A stretch of DNA of 20,000 nt from an uncultured virus (IMG/VR IMGVR_UViG_3300027772_001884) (lineage: Duplodnaviria; Heunggongvirae; Uroviricota; Caudoviricetes): IMG/VR virus record IMGVR_UViG_3300027772_001884. One strand, given 5' to 3'. Under the pieces are notes generated by a model. The model had not been told where the DNA came from. It saw only the letters and a program-made list of their open reading frames with translations, and did no database searches. Position numbers and translations under genes: made by a program. The number at the start of each line of letters is the position of its first letter. The first letter of the stretch is position 1. Positions 16,299-20,000 of this stretch are shown here, piece after piece.

Positions 16299-17171
16299 TT
16301 TTTCTTTAAACTCTTTTAGTTCACGAACACCAAGCCCTGCGTCTTGACCCAGGGCTTTTTCGTCATTGCCGTATTTTGTAACCATAGTAGCCCATTTTTC
16401 TTTGCTGATTAAACTCTTGACAAGCTGATATTCTCCAGTACTCAACTTAACTGAGTTAACAGCGTAGTCTTCAAATGCCGAACAAGCTTCTGGAAATAAT
16501 GGTTTGACTAGGTCATACATTGCACCTGCAAACTCTCTGATCTCCCATTGTGCATGTGGATCCATACGCAAACGAGCCATGTGCAGAAAGTTCTTCAAGT
16601 TGGCTTTCCAATACAATTCTGTATATCCGCCTACTGGAAGCACACTTCTAGCCAACTCACGTGCCAGTCCAGAATCTTCCTTGCCCAGCAAACTCTCATA
16701 TTCTTTGTATGCATTATGAAAGCTACGTTGGAAGGCATGTTGTACGCCACGCTTTTCATCAAAGCCCCACTCAGCTTCTTCACGGCCCTGCTTGTTAGTT
16801 GTGCTTTGCTTTTGAATTTGTTCAAACTCAGGAATGTAAAACTCATCTGTGAGTACACTATAGCGAGCACTGTATTCGTTCATGCTGGCAGTACGATGCC
16901 GTACAAGTTGTCGCATAACAAAGATAGGAAGTTTAATGTGGAACTTTACTTCACACATTTCAAAAGGTGTTGTATGTTCGTGACGCATTAGATAACGTAT
17001 TAAGTTTCTATCGTCTTGAACTTGTTTTGTGCCAGCACCATAACTAACACGAGCGGCTTGAACGATTGCGCTGTCACTGCCCATATGATCTACTAGACCT
17101 ACAAAACCATGATCCAATACTGGAACATAGTTTACATCTTTTTCAAAATCAATCTCTTTTCTTAGTGTCAT
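16287..17171 (-). CDS. thyX: FAD-dependent thymidylate synthase
   Basis: ThyX signature RHRTASMNEYSARYS, plus AARVSY, HTTPFE, RELAR..LP and HAQWEIR. Confidence 0.97.
   Translation of the reverse strand: MTLRKEIDFEKDVNYVPVLDHGFVGLVDHMGSDSAIVQAARVSYGAGTKQVQDDRNLIRYLMRHEHTTPFEMCEVKFHIKLPIFVMRQLVRHRTASMNEYSARYSVLTDEFYIPEFEQIQKQSTTNKQGREEAEWGFDEKRGVQHAFQRSFHNAYKEYESLLGKEDSGLARELARSVLPVGGYTELYWKANLKNFLHMARLRMDPHAQWEIREFAGAMYDLVKPLFPEACSAFEDYAVNSVKLSTGEYQLVKSLISKEKWATMVTKYGNDEKALGQDAGLGVRELKEFKEKLGL
16332..16360 (+). terminator. Putative intrinsic terminator of the + strand operon, inside thyX on the antisense strand
   Basis: AAGCCCTG (16332-16339) and CAGGGCTT (16350-16357) form an inverted repeat with a 10-nt loop, running into TTTTT (16356-16360), 33 nt after the SDR stop. 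Confidence 0.55.
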
Positions 17172-17193
17172 TTATAACTTCTTTAAAAGTATT

Positions 17194-17222
17194 ATTTTAC
17201 TTTAAAATAATATAGTTGTCAA
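17194..17222 (-). promoter_or_regulatory. sigma70-type promoter for thyX
   Basis: Minus strand TTGACA (17222-17217), 17-nt spacer, TAAAAT (17199-17194), 22 nt before the thyX ATG. Confidence 0.75.
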
Positions 17223-17868
17223 GTCCTTGTATTTCTTTATATTCTTTTAACTCTGCCAAAATCTGCTTTACTGATTTAGTGGGCTCATTCCCTAGAGGTA
17301 TTCTACCGCTTTCCACTAGCTCAAAATTTTTAATACCAAGTTTTTTGCTTAATTTGTAACCTTCCAAAACATCATCTTGATTAGATTTAAACAATATCCA
17401 TTTCCATTTCGTATGACACAACGATTCACTCATGATAGTCATGGCATCCAATATGCTATCCCAATTAGAATTTATTCTGTAAATGTGATTACTATGTTTT
17501 AATCCGTCTACACTGAAACAAATAGAATCGCGTTCACTGAGGATTAACGACAATTTATTCCACCATTCTTTGCTTCTAAGATTGCCCGCAGTTTCTATGT
17601 GAATTGATTTATTATAACGATGGCAAACATCAATTATATCAAATAGTCTGCTATGGTAAATTGGATCACCATAACCACCACAAAAATTAAATTTTCTTAT
17701 GCTAGGAGTTTGGCTGGCTAATTTTTCTATAATTTCTATATCTAACTCACCAAAATTCCATTTGTTTTTAGTTTCTTCTTTATCAATAGTTCTAGCACAT
17801 TCAGGGCATAGTAGTGTACATTTTGAAGTTAGTTCTAATTCTATTTCGCGAGATTTTAATTTATACAT
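17197..17868 (-). CDS. Radical SAM core domain without an attached auxiliary domain
   Basis: ELELTSKCTLLCPEC, GGYGDP, ETAG, SVDG, YRIN, WKWILF. Different subfamily from the + strand array. Confidence 0.9.
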   Translation of the reverse strand: MYKLKSREIELELTSKCTLLCPECARTIDKEETKNKWNFGELDIEIIEKLASQTPSIRKFNFCGGYGDPIYHSRLFDIIDVCHRYNKSIHIETAGNLRSKEWWNKLSLILSERDSICFSVDGLKHSNHIYRINSNWDSILDAMTIMSESLCHTKWKWILFKSNQDDVLEGYKLSKKLGIKNFELVESGRIPLGNEPTKSVKQILAELKEYKEIQGLDNYIILK

Positions 17869-17872
17869 AAAA

Positions 17873-18205
17873 TTATAAAATAATATACTTATTAATGTAG
17901 TCGTCTATTTCCGATGAATCTATGAGGTAGTCTTGCCGCTGTGATCGCCGCTCTGCATTACACCATCGTTTGCATATATCAAACGAATTTTCGCTTAATA
18001 TTTTTGATTTTATTAATCTATAAGCATCGGATGAATAAATTTCATCAACAGTATGATGATATAAATTTAATTGTGAATATTTTTCTTTGCCTAGAAATTC
18101 AATAGTGTCAGAACTCGTACTTGCCCAACAACATGGGAGAAGTGACCCGTCTGATTTCACAAATGGGCTTGTTGTTTTATTAAGGCAAGCAGGTTTTATT
18201 GACAT
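17873..18205 (-). CDS. Stand-alone SPASM/twitch-like Fe-S domain protein
   Basis: PACL..PFVKSDGSLLPCCW..NL...TVDEI..ICKRWC. Ends 4 nt before the radical SAM start. Start is ATG 18205 or 18217. Confidence 0.8.
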   Translation of the reverse strand: MSIKPACLNKTTSPFVKSDGSLLPCCWASTSSDTIEFLGKEKYSQLNLYHHTVDEIYSSDAYRLIKSKILSENSFDICKRWCNAERRSQRQDYLIDSSEIDDYINKYIIL

Positions 18206-18238
18206 AAGTATGAACATTTAATTCATATATATTTAGCA

Positions 18239-18550
18239 CTATGCCTGCCTCTCATCTCCAAATTGGCTGGTTAATATACCACGTACATACTTTATGACGC
18301 GATTCTTGATTTTACTGCTATCAATAAAAACTTCAATGTCTTGAATATTATCACGCAAGTGCTCTAGACCCTGTGCTTTGAGAATTTCGCCGGCATCTTT
18401 TAAACCCGCTAATTCTTCTTGATTGAATTCAAGAACATCTCCATTTATAAGTGTAAGTTGAATGTGTGTTATATATTCTATAGGAACTTCTTCCATGACA
18501 ACATCTTTAAGGATTTCTTCAAAACTTCTATCCTTTTTCCTAATAGCCAT
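18239..18550 (-). CDS. Hypothetical protein (103 aa)
   Basis: TAAGGA SD upstream, tight packing with neighbours, protein-like composition. Confidence 0.8.
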   Translation of the reverse strand: MAIRKKDRSFEEILKDVVMEEVPIEYITHIQLTLINGDVLEFNQEELAGLKDAGEILKAQGLEHLRDNIQDIEVFIDSSKIKNRVIKYVRGILTSQFGDERQA

Positions 18551-18566
18551 GTCTCGGGTTCCTTAC

Positions 18567-19148
18567 TTACTTTTTTTTGTTGTATGCTCGCTTAGGCTTC
18601 GAAGCCTCAGCAATCTGCGTGGCTATTGTCGCCGCTGGATCTAAATTGTCTGCTTCTTTAAGCAACCGTTCTGCTTCTTTACGAAAGAAGGCAGCTTGTC
18701 CACGCATTTGATTAGCAATATCTTTTTCATCCAGTATACCAGCAGGCTTGCCTTCTGGTGCTGGTTGACTAATGTCACCACTGGTTGTTCTACCTGCCTG
18801 ATCTAATTTTTGGTTAAGATCACTGAGTAGAATTTTATGTTCTAATGTCGGCAACATCATAATTTCACTGGTTAGATATTTGATCATCCAACCACTTTGG
18901 TGGCTACCTTCTAAGATAGTTCTTCCATCATGAAATTGTATACGTTGAGCATATTTGTAGAAATCCATGTCTTCTTGGGCACTATCACTTTCAACAGCGT
19001 TGATTAAGTCATCGTGATAAAGATTTGGAATATCTTCTGTTTGTATAACAAGGCAAGAAGATGTGTCATTGGGTATTGTTCTAAATACAACAACACATTT
19101 CTTACCAGTGCTAACAACTTGCCCTACATGTTTAGTAAACTTAGGCAT
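18567..19148 (-). CDS. Hypothetical phage-type protein (193 aa)
   Basis: AGGA SD upstream, globular N-terminal part, helical AAFFRKEAERLLKEA segment and basic tail. No function recognised. Confidence 0.85.
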   Translation of the reverse strand: MPKFTKHVGQVVSTGKKCVVVFRTIPNDTSSCLVIQTEDIPNLYHDDLINAVESDSAQEDMDFYKYAQRIQFHDGRTILEGSHQSGWMIKYLTSEIMMLPTLEHKILLSDLNQKLDQAGRTTSGDISQPAPEGKPAGILDEKDIANQMRGQAAFFRKEAERLLKEADNLDPAATIATQIAEASKPKRAYNKKK

Positions 19149-19161
19149 AGTTAATTCCTAA

Positions 19162-19428
19162 TTAGGCTTGTTCTACAGGTGCTTCAGCGGCAACTTCTGC
19201 TTCCAGAGCAGGTGCTTCTGATACAGCTTCAGTAGGTGCTTGACCTTCTGCGGCAGCTTGAGCGGCAGCGGCAGCGGCTTCTTCTTGTTGCTTTTTAGCT
19301 TCTAACAAGAAGTTGTTTAGCTTAGTAGCTGTTTCTCCAACTGCACCAATTTCTAGTACGCTGAAAGCACCACGTTTAACTGCGACATCGATTGCGGCTA
19401 ATAGTGTAGATAGATCTGTCAAGTTCAT
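19162..19428 (-). CDS. Small hypothetical protein with Ala/Glu/Pro-rich tail
   Basis: Strong SD (AAGGAG then AATTTAA before ATG). Helical N-domain DL..L...ID.A..RGAF...E...VG....KL..FL followed by a low-complexity acidic tail. Confidence 0.85.
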   Translation of the reverse strand: MNLTDLSTLLAAIDVAVKRGAFSVLEIGAVGETATKLNNFLLEAKKQQEEAAAAAAQAAAEGQAPTEAVSEAPALEAEVAAEAPVEQA

Positions 19429-19467
19429 TTAAATTCTCCTTAAGGTTGATATATTATATACCTATTT

Positions 19468-19475
19468 TATTTATA
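19468..19475 (-). promoter_or_regulatory. T4-type late promoter box TATAAATA
   Basis: Exact 8/8 match on the minus strand in intergenic DNA, 39 nt upstream of the 19428 start. The AT-rich context raises the chance-match risk. Confidence 0.6.
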
Positions 19476-19487
19476 GCATATGTTCTT

Positions 19488-19516
19488 ATTATAACACACT
19501 TCCTGCACACAGTCAA
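19488..19516 (-). promoter_or_regulatory. Near-consensus sigma70 promoter with extended -10
   Basis: Minus strand TTGACT (19516-19511), 17-nt spacer ending TGTGT, TATAAT (19493-19488). Confidence 0.85.
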
Positions 19517-19542
19517 AAAAATAGGACCCGAAGGTCCTATTT
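19515..19542 (-). terminator. Rho-independent terminator with C(UUCG)G tetraloop
   Basis: Minus strand AAATAGGACC-TTCG-GGTCCTATTTTTTT directly after the VWA gene stop at 19556. Confidence 0.9.
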
Positions 19543-19555
19543 AAAAATAATAAAA

Positions 19556-19999
19556 TTAAACTGTTTCGTTGTCAAATGTGTAATGTGCAGTTACACCAAA
19601 AGGTGCTTCTATCTGTTCATTACCATGTACAACAAACAACGTGTCGCAGTAGTTTTCATCGCCCCAACTGTCATACGGGTAGCCATCCGTAAACATAATA
19701 AACTGTTTGGGCTCAATGTCGTTGTCTTTCATGTATCTCCAGCAAGCGTCAAAGTCTGTTCCGCCGCCACCCATTGTTTCGTAGGTACTGATATCATCTC
19801 CATAGTCATCGCTGAATGTCACAGGATTATATACTTCTGTATCAAAACAAAATACATGTATTTTGTAACTGTTGTACAAGTCCATCATACCTTTGACTTC
19901 TGACAAGAAATCCTGTGCCATCTCATCGCTAATACTGCCCGACATGTCAATGGCAACTACTATAAAGGAAGTTTCGTTGATGACGAATTTCATGGTGAC
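19556..19999 (-). CDS. VWA (MIDAS) domain, C-terminal part of a DUF2201-like protein (5' partial)
   Basis: VAIDMSGS (DxSxS), CFDTEV, GGGGTDF, FTDGY. The frame stays open to the window edge. Confidence 0.85.
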   Translation of the reverse strand, partial: VTMKFVINETSFIVVAIDMSGSISDEMAQDFLSEVKGMMDLYNSYKIHVFCFDTEVYNPVTFSDDYGDDISTYETMGGGGTDFDACWRYMKDNDIEPKQFIMFTDGYPYDSWGDENYCDTLFVVHGNEQIEAPFGVTAHYTFDNETV

Positions 20000-20000
20000 A

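Noticed and set aside
16287..17171. thyX as evidence that the array hypermodifies DNA
   Set aside because: The ThyX signature is canonical, the gene is on the opposite strand with its own promoter, and no recognisable base-modification genes are present. Adjacency alone is insufficient.
69..17868. Naming the radical SAM genes moaA, pqqE, nrdG, queE or viperin
   Set aside because: Only superfamily-level motifs are visible and the partner genes of those pathways are absent from the window.
18567..18580. A AAA AAG slippery site at the end of the 193-aa gene
   Set aside because: A -1 shift does not enter the frame of the downstream 103-aa gene, and the +1 frame hits a stop before it.
19170..19290. 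Repetitive GGTGCTT/GCGGCA stretch as CRISPR or tandem repeat
   Set aside because: It is low-complexity Ala/Glu coding sequence with no repeat-spacer periodicity. No CRISPR array, tRNA or rRNA was seen in the window.
15368..19903. Alternative-frame ORFs 15368-15568, 16504-16719, 16548-16991, 16631-16870, 18462-18644 and 19583-19903
   Set aside because: They overlap confidently assigned genes (radical SAM, thyX, hypotheticals, VWA) and have no independent support.
19960..20000. ATG at 19993 as a true start, and an imperfect hairpin (TTCGT-TGATG-ACGAA) near the window edge
   Set aside because: The frame is open to the edge and this VWA type is normally the C-terminus of a longer protein. The 5-bp hairpin is too weak, and the context too short, to call an intron or regulatory element.
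1..20000. Alternative genetic code (TAG or TGA recoding as in some large phages)
   Set aside because: Code 11 already gives near-complete coding density, and TAA, TGA and TAG stops all fall at plausible gene ends.

Overview
AT-rich, very gene-dense window that most likely comes from a large T4-like tailed phage. Support: phage-type hypothetical genes, thyX, a perfect T4 late-promoter box TATAAATA and a C(UUCG)G terminator. Bases 1-16298 form one + strand, translationally coupled run with only 3 nt of intergenic DNA. It holds 10 radical SAM genes (11 CxxxCxxC domains, one gene being a tandem double enzyme), a stand-alone auxiliary Fe-S domain ORF, an AspH-type 2OG-Fe(II) hydroxylase, a mini SDR, a 466-aa unknown with a SAM-binding-like C-terminal half, a 76-aa small ORF and the tail of an SGNH-like gene. 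The - strand arm carries a VWA-domain gene tail, three hypothetical genes, a lower-GC split SPASM + radical SAM pair and thyX. The main finding is this paralogous radical SAM array with tailoring enzymes, an apparent phage-encoded modification pathway of unknown substrate. All family calls come from motif reading, not database searches.
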